A program made the translations under genes and the position numbers. This document shows positions 8,776-20,000 of a stretch of DNA of 64,000 nucleotides, in pieces. This DNA comes from a virus. Taxonomy: Duplodnaviria > Caudoviricetes. Below the pieces are notes generated by a model. It had not been told where the DNA came from. It saw nothing but the letters and a program-made list of their open reading frames with translations, and searched no databases. The stretch lies in the IMG/VR virus record IMGVR_UViG_3300030372_001589, positions 6,524-70,523 of that record; one strand, given 5' to 3'. Numbering within the stretch: the stretch's first letter is position 1; every line of letters begins with the position of its first letter.

Positions 8776-9893
8776 TGCCGATAGCATCCTCCCCAAGCGA
8801 TTATACTGCAATTAATGTTGATTACTCAGCAGGTAATGGATTTTACACAGACAAGGGAGCAGTTTCAGATATGCTTCAAGTCCCAGCATTTTCTTCTTCC
8901 ACATTCCCTTCACAAGCACAAGTCGGTTCTATTATTAAAAACATAGAAGGTATTGTTGATGATAAAGTAAAGAGGTCATACAGACCGATTATCTATGAAA
9001 ACGAATTTCATAACTTTGAGTTTATTCGTCATCCTATGCAATCTTATTATGGTGGCTATGTTGGATTTATTCAGTTAGATACTTTGAAGGTTAAGAAGAT
9101 TATTTCTCTAAAGGTGTGGCAAGGAAACCAATATCAAGAGTTGGCATCTGCTTCTGCATCTATTACATTAGACAGTAGTGGATATAATAACCTAAGAAGC
9201 ATTACATTACAATTACCTAATAGTGGTGATTCGTGGGTATTGTATCATCATGCAGAAGGTTCTTTAGCGGCGCATAATACATTTCATAACGGCTTCGGTT
9301 CTAAAACAACTGCACAGGACATTTGCCATTTAATTAATGAAGAATTTCCTGCTAGCACTGCACAATTTACAGGTGCAACAAGAGATAAGATATTAACTTC
9401 ATCTCCTAATAACCTAAACATAAGTGATTTCTTTTATGCGAGTCCAGACCCCGATGATAGCAATAAAATAAACATTTCTAGCCTTTTAGCCGGAGAAGAT
9501 GGCTCCAATTGCACCATTACAGTCGCAGATAAAGCGGGTCAAACATCAGATACTACCACATCAGCGTTCACGGATATGCAAGATATGAAGCGTCTTGGTT
9601 CCTTTTGGTCTATTGGTGATGAAGGCCGAATATTTTTCCTTAGAGATTATCCATACCATACTCAAAATTCTATTATTGTAACTTATATTGCTGGCAGTAG
9701 CCGTGTTCCTTCTGCTATTCATAAAGCAACGACAATGTTAGTAGCGGCTGAGATATTAAGACATGACGACCAAACCATAATGATTGCTGAAACAGGTGGT
9801 AACATTGGTGCTAAAGAAAAATATGATATTTTAGTCAAAGAAGCATATGCTATATTAAAGGGTAAAGGGGATATAGTATTCCTAATTGATTAG
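8775..9893 (+). CDS. Head-tail adaptor (gp6/gp15-like) with large internal insertion
   Basis: C-terminal IVTYIAGSSRVPSAIHKATTMLVAAE matches the adaptor 'vtYxaG..vP..i..A...lva' pattern; located between head and tail genes. Confidence 0.7.
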   Translation: MPIASSPSDYTAINVDYSAGNGFYTDKGAVSDMLQVPAFSSSTFPSQAQVGSIIKNIEGIVDDKVKRSYRPIIYENEFHNFEFIRHPMQSYYGGYVGFIQLDTLKVKKIISLKVWQGNQYQELASASASITLDSSGYNNLRSITLQLPNSGDSWVLYHHAEGSLAAHNTFHNGFGSKTTAQDICHLINEEFPASTAQFTGATRDKILTSSPNNLNISDFFYASPDPDDSNKINISSLLAGEDGSNCTITVADKAGQTSDTTTSAFTDMQDMKRLGSFWSIGDEGRIFFLRDYPYHTQNSIIVTYIAGSSRVPSAIHKATTMLVAAEILRHDDQTIMIAETGGNIGAKEKYDILVKEAYAILKGKGDIVFLID

Positions 9894-9901
9894 GTGTTAG
9901 C

Positions 9902-10120
9902 ATGGCTAGAAATATGGATATTACAATAAAAGGTTTTCATAGGTTCTTAGCCATAGAAAAGGAAAGACAGTTAGCACTTGAGGAATTATCTGAAATATTA
10001 GGATTTGATGTTACCTTTAGTGAAGAAGAAATGGTAAATAATGCTAGTGAAAGTTTTTCTAAAGAAGTTACTAAACAAATGAAAAAGGAGGCGACTGAAT
10101 GGATGAAGTTTCGCTTTTGA
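9902..10120 (+). CDS. Hypothetical protein (neck region)
   Basis: 72 aa, AGGTG SD. Confidence 0.6.
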   Translation: MARNMDITIKGFHRFLAIEKERQLALEELSEILGFDVTFSEEEMVNNASESFSKEVTKQMKKEATEWMKFRF

Positions 10121-10608
10121 TTGATTTAGTTAGCAGTAAATGGGCTAGTTCTGCCACTACTTTACAAAGTGCTGGTACTATTTCAGCCGACCATGTGGGT
10201 ACTCCTAATTTTGTTGATGTAAGAACATTACAAAAAAATAAAGGAGTTCGGTATGATTTGACCGCTAAAGATGTAATTATCTTTTTTGAAGATGGTCAGA
10301 ATATAGAATACCCTACGGTTAACTTTGATATTAGAAATGAGACTTATACTTTCACAATGCACATACGCACGATTCACGATGAAAGAGCCGGAACGGATGC
10401 TGATTTTGGAAAAGATAGGCTAAGGGCTTTATACTTGATTGCCCGTCATGCACTTGAACGGGGTCGTACAGGTTACACTGCAAGCGACGGTTCTAACTTT
10501 AATCAAATATTTGTAGGTTCTAGAAATGAAAGTAATGACCGTTCAAAAAGATTATTCGGATATAAAATGAGCATAGAAGCAAAAAGATTCGCATTAACAC
10601 TCCCTTAG
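10099..10608 (+). CDS. Putative tail completion/terminator protein
   Basis: 169 aa directly before the tail tube gene; alpha/beta pattern (YTFTMHIRT...GYKMSIEA). Confidence 0.55.
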   Translation: MDEVSLLIDLVSSKWASSATTLQSAGTISADHVGTPNFVDVRTLQKNKGVRYDLTAKDVIIFFEDGQNIEYPTVNFDIRNETYTFTMHIRTIHDERAGTDADFGKDRLRALYLIARHALERGRTGYTASDGSNFNQIFVGSRNESNDRSKRLFGYKMSIEAKRFALTLP

Positions 10609-10639
10609 TAAGTTTGTAAAAGGAAAGGAGAGATTAAGT

Positions 10640-12235
10640 ATGGCAGTAGAAAACAGTAGTATATTTTTAGGTAGCGGCGCATCAATGACTTTTGTTCCAG
10701 AAGTGGACTTTTATTTTAAGGCACAAGGAGCGAGTACAACGCAAATTCAAATTGAAACAACCAATGCGGTTCAATTTCAATTAGTGGATAATATGTATGT
10801 AGGTTGTACTATTGATTTTTATAATGCTTCTGATAGTGGAAATTATACTTCTTCTCACACAGTTACTTCTAACGACCACGATACTTTTACTATAACTCCC
10901 GCCATTGGTGAAGCAGTAGCAAGCGGCGATGAATTTGTATTAAAAGGATATGGCGCACCCTGCCCTGCACCCGATTCAGATAATGACGGAACAGGAAGAG
11001 TAAGACTTCATGCCGACAATTGGCTTGGATTAGTTGAAACTGCGGCATTCCCTAACATTGAAGTTGAAATGAAACAATTAAATCTTTCTCTCGGTGGTAC
11101 AAGAAACTTTACTCATCAATACAAAGGTATTGAAACTTCATCTGGCGGTAACTTGGCTTTGATGTGTAATCATGTAACTTGGCTTTATTACGCATTAGGT
11201 TTATGCACTGAATTAAGTGTTGCTAATGCAGTTACTTCTGAACACCCTGCATCTTATCATGTAGGTACTCATGGAGGTATGTATTTTCATGGCACTTCCG
11301 CTACTTCTCATGTTGATGAGGGGCCGTTTATTTATCGAGCAAACAGTGTAAGTGGAACAACTCACTTGGTTCCTCCTTTGTTATTTACTGTTGATGATAC
11401 GGTAGGCGACTTAGATGCTATCCCTACTTCTAATGGAGATATAGTAGCATCCGGTGGACTAATAACATATAAGTTTGCAGAATCTAATACTGCTCATTTA
11501 CCTTCTTTTGCACTTGAATATTCTCTAAGTAAATTAGCAGGTGCGGCATCGGCGCACTATACAACTGATACTGATAGCGATGCAGAAGACTTAAACTTCG
11601 TTAGGGTAGCAAGAGGAAATAGAGTAAATACTCTAACAATGACCGCTAATGAAAATGAAGAATTAAAAATGACTATGGACTTGAATACAAGAGCCGTTTC
11701 AGAAATCCCGCAAGGCACTAATTATGACTCTAGAGGCGGATTAACTTCTGCTCAAAACTCAAGTCTATTTAATTTCACATCAGTAGCAAACCACTTAGAA
11801 CCGTTCTTCTTTTCAGATGGCTCAATAAGCATATTTGGAAATACATTCTTAAAGATTACTAACTTTACACTGACTATTAACAATAACTTACAAGATAAGA
11901 GATTTGTCGGTGTTGGTAATAAGTCCATTAAAGAAGGTATTCCAGCGCAAAGAACATATGAACTTGCTATTACTGCTATGGTTACTGACGACACATTATT
12001 TACTGAATTGTTAAACCAAACAGAAAACACAGGTAGCACTGAGAAAATAGCCTTAACATTTACTAAAGACAACACTGCGGAAGAAACCTTCACTTTAGAA
12101 TTTGAAGATTATTTCCTATCATCTAACACATGGACTGTTCCTGACGATAAAGGGCCAATTACAGTGGAAGCAACATTAATGCCAAGAACACTAGGTACTT
12201 GTACCACTTCAACTCATTGGGTATTGCAGGGGTGA
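10640..12235 (+). CDS. Major tail tube protein (long, with extra domains)
   Basis: C-terminal ITNFTLTINNNLQ...RTYELAITAMVTDD...FTLEFEDY...GPITVEATL is a tail-tube pattern; strong GGAAAGGAG SD; precedes TAC and TMP. Confidence 0.75.
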   Translation: MAVENSSIFLGSGASMTFVPEVDFYFKAQGASTTQIQIETTNAVQFQLVDNMYVGCTIDFYNASDSGNYTSSHTVTSNDHDTFTITPAIGEAVASGDEFVLKGYGAPCPAPDSDNDGTGRVRLHADNWLGLVETAAFPNIEVEMKQLNLSLGGTRNFTHQYKGIETSSGGNLALMCNHVTWLYYALGLCTELSVANAVTSEHPASYHVGTHGGMYFHGTSATSHVDEGPFIYRANSVSGTTHLVPPLLFTVDDTVGDLDAIPTSNGDIVASGGLITYKFAESNTAHLPSFALEYSLSKLAGAASAHYTTDTDSDAEDLNFVRVARGNRVNTLTMTANENEELKMTMDLNTRAVSEIPQGTNYDSRGGLTSAQNSSLFNFTSVANHLEPFFFSDGSISIFGNTFLKITNFTLTINNNLQDKRFVGVGNKSIKEGIPAQRTYELAITAMVTDDTLFTELLNQTENTGSTEKIALTFTKDNTAEETFTLEFEDYFLSSNTWTVPDDKGPITVEATLMPRTLGTCTTSTHWVLQG

Positions 12236-12239
12236 TTAA

Positions 12240-12377
12240 ATGGTATCATATCATGAAAAATATATGGCTAAACAGGCTAAGATTAAAGCCGCTAAAAAAG
12301 CCCCCAAGAAGACCCCTAAAAAAGAGACTACTACGGAGACTAAAAAAGAGGAACCAAAGAAGTCTAAATTAGAATAA
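12240..12377 (+). CDS. 45-aa Lys/Ala/Pro-rich basic peptide (not in ORF track)
   Basis: MVSYHEKYMAKQAKIKAAKKAPKKTPKKETTTETKKEEPKKSKLE*, preceded by GGGGTGA SD. Confidence 0.7.
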   Translation: MVSYHEKYMAKQAKIKAAKKAPKKTPKKETTTETKKEEPKKSKLE

Positions 12378-12380
12378 TAT

Positions 12381-12422
12381 TCCACCAACACCGTTTGTTT
12401 GTTTGTTGGTTTTGAAGGTGGA
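12381..12422 (+). promoter_or_regulatory. Nested hairpin with (GTTT)n tract; outer stem covers the SD of the next gene
   Basis: TCCACC (12381-86) pairs with GGTGGA (12417-22); inner CCAACA/TGTTGG. Confidence 0.4.
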
Positions 12423-12426
12423 TAAT

Positions 12427-12795
12427 ATGTTAGATAAAAAAGTTATAACAGATAAAAATGTGCTATTTGCACTAAGCGATACGACACTACATTATATTAA
12501 AGTGTCACCCGAATTAGATGAATACCTAAAGGTGTGGGTTAAAGAACCCACTTGGCTTGAAGCCGAAAAAGCCTTAAATTCAGTAATGAAAATTAATTCT
12601 CGAACTCAATCTTTTGACCTTGACCTAAACGCTATGTATAGGTATATGGTTGAAAATTTCATTGAAAAGACGGAACCTGTATTATCAACTATTGATATGT
12701 TGCGTCTTAGCCCTTATGTGGGTAATCAATTAAAAGAAGTTCTTCCTAATCCTATGAATCTGATGCAGGAGGATGAAGAAAAAAAGGATGATTAA
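12427..12795 (+). CDS. Tail assembly chaperone (lambda G-like)
   Basis: Between tail tube and tape measure genes; ATG 12427 after GAAGGTGGA; ends in an A7 run. Confidence 0.7.
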   Translation: MLDKKVITDKNVLFALSDTTLHYIKVSPELDEYLKVWVKEPTWLEAEKALNSVMKINSRTQSFDLDLNAMYRYMVENFIEKTEPVLSTIDMLRLSPYVGNQLKEVLPNPMNLMQEDEEKKDD

Positions 12796-13000
12796 AGGGG
12801 CATTTAAGGGAAAGGAAACTAACCCTCAAACTGCGTCTTTAATTACCGTTTATATGCTTTCTAAAGCCTTAGCGATAAGTCCTTTAGAAGTGTATAAAAT
12901 GCCTGTTAGTCTTGTAGTGGACTTATTGCAGGTTCATTCAGTTGTTGAAGAATACAAGGCAGAAGAATTAGATAAAGTACAAAAGAAAGCAAAGAGATGA
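12773..13000 (+). CDS. Downstream tail chaperone ORF (lambda T-like), probably reached by frameshift
   Basis: Overlaps the TAC 3' end in the +1/-2 frame; ISPLEVYKMPVSLVVDLL is typical of T-like segments. Confidence 0.65.
   Translation: MKKKRMIKGAFKGKETNPQTASLITVYMLSKALAISPLEVYKMPVSLVVDLLQVHSVVEEYKAEELDKVQKKAKR
12779..12786 (+). other. Candidate programmed ribosomal frameshift site AA_AAA_AAG
   Basis: A7 run at the end of the TAC gene with GGAGGA 5 nt upstream. Confidence 0.55.
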
Positions 13001-13004
13001 TAAT

Positions 13005-15119
13005 ATGGTTGATGGTGCAGATGCAATAGATAATGTATCACAATCAATTTCTTCTTTAACACAAAATCTTTCTGAAAATGCTAAAAGATTTAAATTAAGC
13101 AGTAGTGCTTTAGTTCAATGGGCTGGCGATACAGGCAAAGCAAGCAAACGATGGACTACATTTAGTCGTATAACTGCTGGAACAGGTATTTGGAAATTTC
13201 AAAATTATTTGCGTGGTGCTTTAGAAATTGTTGGTGCTTTTGGTGAAAGAACCGAAGAAGCAATAAAAGCCCAAACCCAACAAGAAAAGGCATTAGCCGA
13301 AACAATCCAAGGTGTTAGAAAAATTAATAAAGAGTATTCGGAATTAAATAAAGTAGTTAAAAATCAAAATAATCTTGATAAAAAAATGTTAGAATTAAAG
13401 AAAGACGAAGAAAAACAAATTAAAAAACTTAGGGGAACCCGAACAAAAGCACAAAATGAAATAAAAAAAGAACAAAAAGCATATCAAAAAATAGTAGAAG
13501 GACAGAAAAAACTCCAAGAGGACATTAGCAAAGTTGAAGAAGGTCGAGATTTTAAAGGTAAATTAAAGGAACTTAAAGGGCTACGAAAATTAGAAAAAGA
13601 AGGAAATGCTTTGTTAGAGGAATCAAAAGGGATTCTAGAAGAAAAACAAAAAACATACGATAGTATGGAAACAGTTAAATCTATTAAAGAAGAATTTGAA
13701 GCACAAAAACAAAATGTTAAGCAATTGGCAGAATTTAGTGATTCACAAATACAGGCTTTAGAATCAACTAGTGCTTTTAATAGAGCCATAATCCAAGGAA
13801 AAACAGATACAGAAGCCTATGCAGAAGCATTTAAACAGGTAACTGAAAATGTTAAACTAAATAGTGACGAATACAAAAAATTTCAAAAAGAACAACAAAA
13901 GGTCGCTGATTTTGAAGAAAAGATGAAAGGAGATTTTAAATCTTTAAGAGATGCGGGAAAAATTTTAAGAAAGGATGAAATAGCATTTGCAGACAAATTT
14001 AGAGGTGAAATAGCCGAAGGTGGATTGAAAAAGAGTATTCCTAAAGCATTCGGCAAAGCAAAAGAAGTGGCTGGAAAAGTCGGAGGTGGAATAAAGACTT
14101 TTTGGAAATTATCAACAAGTAAAAAATTCCACCAAGATTTCCAAAAATCAACTACAACAGGAATAAGATTTAGACAAAAGATATTAAAATTCCAAATGTT
14201 TGTAAAGCCTATAATGAATATGTTTTTCAAATTCTTAATATTTGGTATATTGGGAATGATTGCAGTCTTAGCGATTGCTAAAGTAGCCTATGATATTATG
14301 GGAATTATGGCTGATTTCGGAGTATTTGACGATATGAAAGAAATATTCTTAGCGGCGGTTGGTATATTAGGGGCGGTATTTGGAATAATAGGTTCATTTA
14401 TGGAGGGTGATTTTGCTTCTATGTTTGATTACTTAGGAACAATAATGTCGTCTTTAATGACAATAGGTTGGGAATTATTACAGATATTTGTTAAAGGTGT
14501 ATTTGCAGTTGCAGTGGGGCTGTTTTATTCTTTATTTGATTTAGTAGGATGGCTTCTTTCAGATAGTAATTGGAAAAAAGCAGGTGGCATTCTTCTTAAA
14601 ATAGGGGCGGCATTAATACTAATATACTTTGTGAAATATTTGCTATCTCAAGCACTATTATTAATAGGAATTTATGCCCTACCTATAATGATATTTGTAT
14701 TAATAGCGGCATTCATTACTGCTACTTTAATGGCATTATACAAACATATTGATAGGATTAAAGAACCCTTTGAAAAAAGGTTGAAACAAATTAAAGATGC
14801 TCTAACAGATGACCCCGATAAAGGTTTTTGGGATGAAAATAAACATATTTTAGGTTTGGCTAAAGGTGGTTTGACAACAGGGGCGATGAATCTTGTCGGT
14901 GAAAAAGGGCCAGAATTAGTCAGATTACCAGCAGGTTCAAGAGTTTATTCTAATTCACAAAGCAAGTCTATGAGTGGAGGTTCCACTACTAATAACTTTA
15001 ATATCACTATTAATGCAAAAGATACTTCTGATGCAGAATTAAGAAGAATCGCAGATAAAATAGGAACAATGGTTAATAATAAAATGAATAGAACTACTTC
15101 GTCTAGAACATTGGGGTGA
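13005..15119 (+). CDS. Tape measure protein
   Basis: 704 aa; coiled-coil N-half, hydrophobic helical middle, C-terminal AKGG...LVGEKGPELVRLPAGSRVYSN motif. Confidence 0.9.
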   Translation: MVDGADAIDNVSQSISSLTQNLSENAKRFKLSSSALVQWAGDTGKASKRWTTFSRITAGTGIWKFQNYLRGALEIVGAFGERTEEAIKAQTQQEKALAETIQGVRKINKEYSELNKVVKNQNNLDKKMLELKKDEEKQIKKLRGTRTKAQNEIKKEQKAYQKIVEGQKKLQEDISKVEEGRDFKGKLKELKGLRKLEKEGNALLEESKGILEEKQKTYDSMETVKSIKEEFEAQKQNVKQLAEFSDSQIQALESTSAFNRAIIQGKTDTEAYAEAFKQVTENVKLNSDEYKKFQKEQQKVADFEEKMKGDFKSLRDAGKILRKDEIAFADKFRGEIAEGGLKKSIPKAFGKAKEVAGKVGGGIKTFWKLSTSKKFHQDFQKSTTTGIRFRQKILKFQMFVKPIMNMFFKFLIFGILGMIAVLAIAKVAYDIMGIMADFGVFDDMKEIFLAAVGILGAVFGIIGSFMEGDFASMFDYLGTIMSSLMTIGWELLQIFVKGVFAVAVGLFYSLFDLVGWLLSDSNWKKAGGILLKIGAALILIYFVKYLLSQALLLIGIYALPIMIFVLIAAFITATLMALYKHIDRIKEPFEKRLKQIKDALTDDPDKGFWDENKHILGLAKGGLTTGAMNLVGEKGPELVRLPAGSRVYSNSQSKSMSGGSTTNNFNITINAKDTSDAELRRIADKIGTMVNNKMNRTTSSRTLG

Positions 15120-15123
15120 TTAA

Positions 15124-15765
15124 ATGAGTTATGTATATTTGAAATTTGGACAATACGCTGAACAGGAAACTAATGATTTAACAATTAATACTATTCCATT
15201 AAATGTCACTTCTGTCGGTGTTTCTGTAAGTAAAACTATCCCTGCTTTTCCTATTCCGTTTTCCGGTGTTGTAACGGGTGAATCTGTAACTGCCGCTTTA
15301 GATTTAGGAATGGCTACTAAACAAATAGACCTTAGTGGTTTTATTTCTGAAACCACTATTAGTAAAACAAGAACTGCTACTAGCACTTCAACAGAAGATG
15401 ATGAAACGGCTTTGACCTTTACTGCTCATGAAATAGCACAAATGATTGCATCAAGTGTTGATTCAACAGGATTACAAAATAATCAATCTATAAATGAATT
15501 AGTTATTCTTTATCCCTCTAACATAAGTAATGATTATGCGGCAAGAGCAACACAACCAACATTAGTACCATTTAATTTTGCTTCAAGAGGCGAGGCTGGC
15601 TTTGGAGATAACGAAGGAGTTTCATACAAAGGTTCTACTTTTCCAGATGCTTCTACTGCAACAGGATTATCGGGTTTTATTCGCAGTTTTTCTTTTAATA
15701 TGGAAGCCGAATCAGTCGATTTAAGTTTCAGTATGCAGTTTGAAGTAGCAATTGTTGGGCCGTGA
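15124..15765 (+). CDS. Putative distal tail (Dit-like) protein
   Basis: Immediately after TMP, GGGGTGA SD, beta-rich; positional inference. Confidence 0.55.
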   Translation: MSYVYLKFGQYAEQETNDLTINTIPLNVTSVGVSVSKTIPAFPIPFSGVVTGESVTAALDLGMATKQIDLSGFISETTISKTRTATSTSTEDDETALTFTAHEIAQMIASSVDSTGLQNNQSINELVILYPSNISNDYAARATQPTLVPFNFASRGEAGFGDNEGVSYKGSTFPDASTATGLSGFIRSFSFNMEAESVDLSFSMQFEVAIVGP

Positions 15766-15769
15766 TATA

Positions 15770-17035
15770 ATGTATGAAGTCTTAACAGGAAAACAACGCT
15801 CTTTGGTTTTTCCAATTATGTGTAATGCCTTTGTTAAGATGGATTATTCAGATAATGTACCTAATACCGGAGATACCGCAACCTACGATGATATAGGCTA
15901 TGGATTTTGGAGTCACAAAGGCTCTTTTTCTTTTGAAGCATTAGTTACTCCTTATGAGGTTAATGGAAATGGCCCTCATCAAGCGGCGGTTGGTTTAGGT
16001 GTAAATGCGTTAGGTGTAGGTAATGAAACTACTAATTTAAGTAAAAAGATAATGTCTGGCCTACCACAGTCAACTTACGCATTAAGTGATGGGGATGCTA
16101 ACGATGAAACGGAAATGCAAAATCACTTATATTTATCAAGAGCAAATAGACAAGCCCATGAGATGATGATTTTTAATAATGATAATTTTAATATATCTTT
16201 ACTAAATGCTACTAATCACACTCAAAACCAACCTGCTCAATATAAAATAAAGGCTGAGGTTAAATTAGGGCCATCTTTATTCACTAAAACAGTTACTTCT
16301 GATGTTGTAATTGTACCAAGTCAAGGCCATGCTTTTAGATATAATGCTACTAATGGTTCTGACTTATTTGATGGATTTAATAAAAACGGGAGAGTAATGT
16401 ATGCTAAAGTGGCTACAACTCATAGTAGTTCAAGTGGTGCTATGGCAGAAGGTGGCAATACCTTCACACTTGCTAGTGCTACTCATCCTATACATGGAAA
16501 TCATCAAGACATTTATGTTCGTAATGGTTTTACATTTACTTCTTTAGGTCAACTCAATAGCGTTAGCGGTGCAGACATACAATTAAACACGGATAGCACA
16601 AGGCCAGCAGTGGCAAGCGGTACAGATATATATTTACCAACTTACAAGCACCCATCGTATATAGACCAAATGTTTCATGTGGGTTGTGTTTTTGATGATA
16701 AGACTAAAAAAATAGGACTATACCTTAATGGGTTACTAATCAAAGAAGATACCCACCAAGTTAGCACTACTATTCCCTTTGAGTTTTCTAAAACAGATAC
16801 TTATATTGGTTCTAATGGATTAAATGACCTTAGTGTTAGTGGCATTACTTGGGCGGGAGATAGTAGCGGAACGGCTACCGGCCCACAATCCGCTAATACA
16901 TGCAAACAATTTATGGGTGAATTTCACGAAATAGCGATTACTAACAAATTAAGCAGGTTTAATGAAATAGATAATTTGATGCCTAATTTTGATAATACAT
17001 TACTGTATCTTAGATTTGAAGAGGTGGATTTATGA
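15770..17035 (+). CDS. Tail protein with LamG/concanavalin-A-like domain
   Basis: FSFEALV...HVGCVFD...IGLYLNG...YIGSNG...FMGEFHEIAI LamG motifs; ATG 15770. Confidence 0.7.
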   Translation: MYEVLTGKQRSLVFPIMCNAFVKMDYSDNVPNTGDTATYDDIGYGFWSHKGSFSFEALVTPYEVNGNGPHQAAVGLGVNALGVGNETTNLSKKIMSGLPQSTYALSDGDANDETEMQNHLYLSRANRQAHEMMIFNNDNFNISLLNATNHTQNQPAQYKIKAEVKLGPSLFTKTVTSDVVIVPSQGHAFRYNATNGSDLFDGFNKNGRVMYAKVATTHSSSSGAMAEGGNTFTLASATHPIHGNHQDIYVRNGFTFTSLGQLNSVSGADIQLNTDSTRPAVASGTDIYLPTYKHPSYIDQMFHVGCVFDDKTKKIGLYLNGLLIKEDTHQVSTTIPFEFSKTDTYIGSNGLNDLSVSGITWAGDSSGTATGPQSANTCKQFMGEFHEIAITNKLSRFNEIDNLMPNFDNTLLYLRFEEVDL

Positions 17036-20000
17036 CCCGTATTTTTGCCGAATCTCTTGAAAATATTGAAGTTAGCACTGTTGCTACAAACGCTTCTTCT
17101 AATCAGATAACTAATATACAAAATGCTACTGCTGGAACAACTAATACTGCTTTTTATGCAGGTATGGGCGTTTCATATAAAACAGGGGCTTCTAGTAGTA
17201 CGATTGCAGATAACTCATACACTACAAGTATTACTCATAGTGGCAGTGGATATGCAGTTATGAATCAAAATGCTGCTTTAACAGATGCAGACCATACGGT
17301 TATTTTTAATAAAAGTAATTACAATGTTCCTACTAACCCCAAATTTAGAACCTTTGGAGCATATTCTAGCAGTGAAAGATTATACACTATTGTTTATGAC
17401 AAGAATCCTTTGTCTTTTACTGATGCTACTTGTGATTTAACTAATAGCGATGCGACAGTTACTTGTGATGCAAGCGCAACAATAAAAGTAGGAATGATAG
17501 TCACTTACGGTTCTTCTGGTATTGCAGATGGCACTTATGTTAAATCTATCAATACAGGTACAGAAGGAAGTAATGTCAGTTCATTTGAATTAAGTGCTAA
17601 TTTTACAGGCACAGGAGCCAATAACCAAACTTTAACTTTTACTTCAGGTGGTCTATTTAAGCAACAATTAGCAACAGGAGATAGTGCAGATACAGAATAT
17701 TCTAATTTAGAAACTACGGAAGGATTTAAAATAATTAGTTTTGATTTTAATTCTAGAGCAGGTGTAAAATTAGATATGAATTTAACTACTCACAATTATT
17801 TTGTTCTAGTTCATTCAGACGATTATCTAAAACATCATTTCGCAAAAATAACTTCAAAAATTACAGAAAATAACTTTCACACAGAAGGAGTTTCTATTGA
17901 AAATACCGTCATAGGATTTGAGTTTGAACCAAAATTAGGTGATGAATTACTAAGAGATTCTAAATTTATGGTATTCAAAGGGCCATCTATTAGCGATACT
18001 GATAGAGATTGTAATATATTAGCAGTATCAGCAGGTATTAAAAAAGACCTTCAAGATAATTTAGTGTGTTCTCAACCTTTGTTTTATTTCTTTAATGATA
18101 AGTTAGATAAAGATAATCAATTAGACCATAATACTAAATGTTTTACTAAATTTTTAGGAGGTAATACTACCACTATTGCTCCAATTATAACAAATACCTT
18201 TGTAACATGTCAAGATAATAGAAAGGTAATTAAAGATTATAGCAAATTTACGCACAATTTAACTATGGTTGATAATTTAAAGAAGTTAGATGCGCCAGAT
18301 TTTGATAACACTGCATTTTCACAGTATAATATATTAAATGAATATGATGGAGGAACTGTTACTACTTGGAATAGAGCATTAAATTTTACAAACTACGATA
18401 AATGTTTTACTAATGCTAGAAGAGATACAGACAATGATATTTTTAACCCCGACTCTCAATCATTTAGAGGGCCGATAAGATACATTCATTATGATTTTTC
18501 TCCTAACAGAACTAATAAAACTTATAATGTAATTGACTTAACAATGGAAGATTCTGTCGGTAATAGAGGAAGTTTTATTGAAACTAAAATAGTGGATAGT
18601 AAAAGAATAATGCCTACTAAAATATTTACTAATGATAAAATAAGAATTAGACATAGACTTCATAAAGGAAAGTTTAATGATTGGTTTGCACTAAAAGCAA
18701 AAATAAAATCTTCTTTAGGTTCAAATGAATATAGATTTACTACTGAATATGATTTAAGCACTATGTTCAATGTAGGAGATGAAGTTAAAATAGGAACAGA
18801 CGCAAGTTCACCTATTCTAATTATTGAAACAATAGATGCAATTAATAATTTTGGTACTACCGGAAAAGAACAAGACATCACCTTTAGAGCAGAAAGCCGA
18901 ATAGAAAACGGAAGTATATTTGCTAGTACAGGATATACTTTATCAGAAGGTGCTGTTATTTACAGAAGGGCTTGGAATACCACAGATAAGACCTTGTTAA
19001 CTACATTTGATATATTAGAAAATAGAAATAATAATTTATATGTTAAATTAATATCAAACCATTTTGGTTTCTTAGAAGCAACTGTTACTGCGTCTGATAA
19101 AAACAAACAGATGTTAACTTTAGATTTTACTACCACCAATAGGTCAATTTCTTCTTTAGATTACATGTATGGTTCTTATTACATAGAAGTTGAAAAATTC
19201 ACAGGGTCGATTGAAAAAACTTCTTATTATAAACAAGATGGACAAACTATTTTACAATTGGCTGGGAGGTCTGATTCTAGAAAATTATTAGGCCCAATTA
19301 TTAATAAAAATTTATTACATTCAGAAGATATTGTTTATTCTAGTTCAAGTCCTTATAATAGATTAGGTTATGTCGATGCTTATTCTCAAACAGATAGAGT
19401 AGTGGTTTGTTCTTTTGATAGTAAACATGTTGTGTTTAGCGGAACACACCGTTTATCAGTTGGCGATAATATTTATCTTTTACATGATTCTCATAATACT
19501 ATATCATATATTGGAGAAGTTGACGGATTAGGAGGCGTTGATGGTGACGGAGATTTTGACGGAAGTAACCCTACTACTGAAGTATATTTAGTGGATTATT
19601 CATTAGCAGAAAGCAGCACAAACCCTTCTGATGAAGATATAGGTTTATTTGCTAGAACTAAACATTATATTTTTAATAAAGCATTATCATCAAATAGAGT
19701 TTTAAACACTTCTACTGATTTAACAGGAACCGCAACTAAAGGATTATATTTTACCGGCGGGAAAAAAATATCGTCTAATGGTGCAGAGAGTACAAACTTG
19801 ATAGGTACAGGTGTAGGTACTGATTCAAGAGGGCTTGGTTATCATATCAGTGATTGTATTTCTATGTCAAATGATTCTAAATTTCAAATAAGATTAGATG
19901 ATGACGCTAGCGGAACAACAACTGAAACAGATAAAACCTATGAAACTTTTGATACCATAAATACTTTGATAGATTTTAATATATTGACTAATACTTACGA

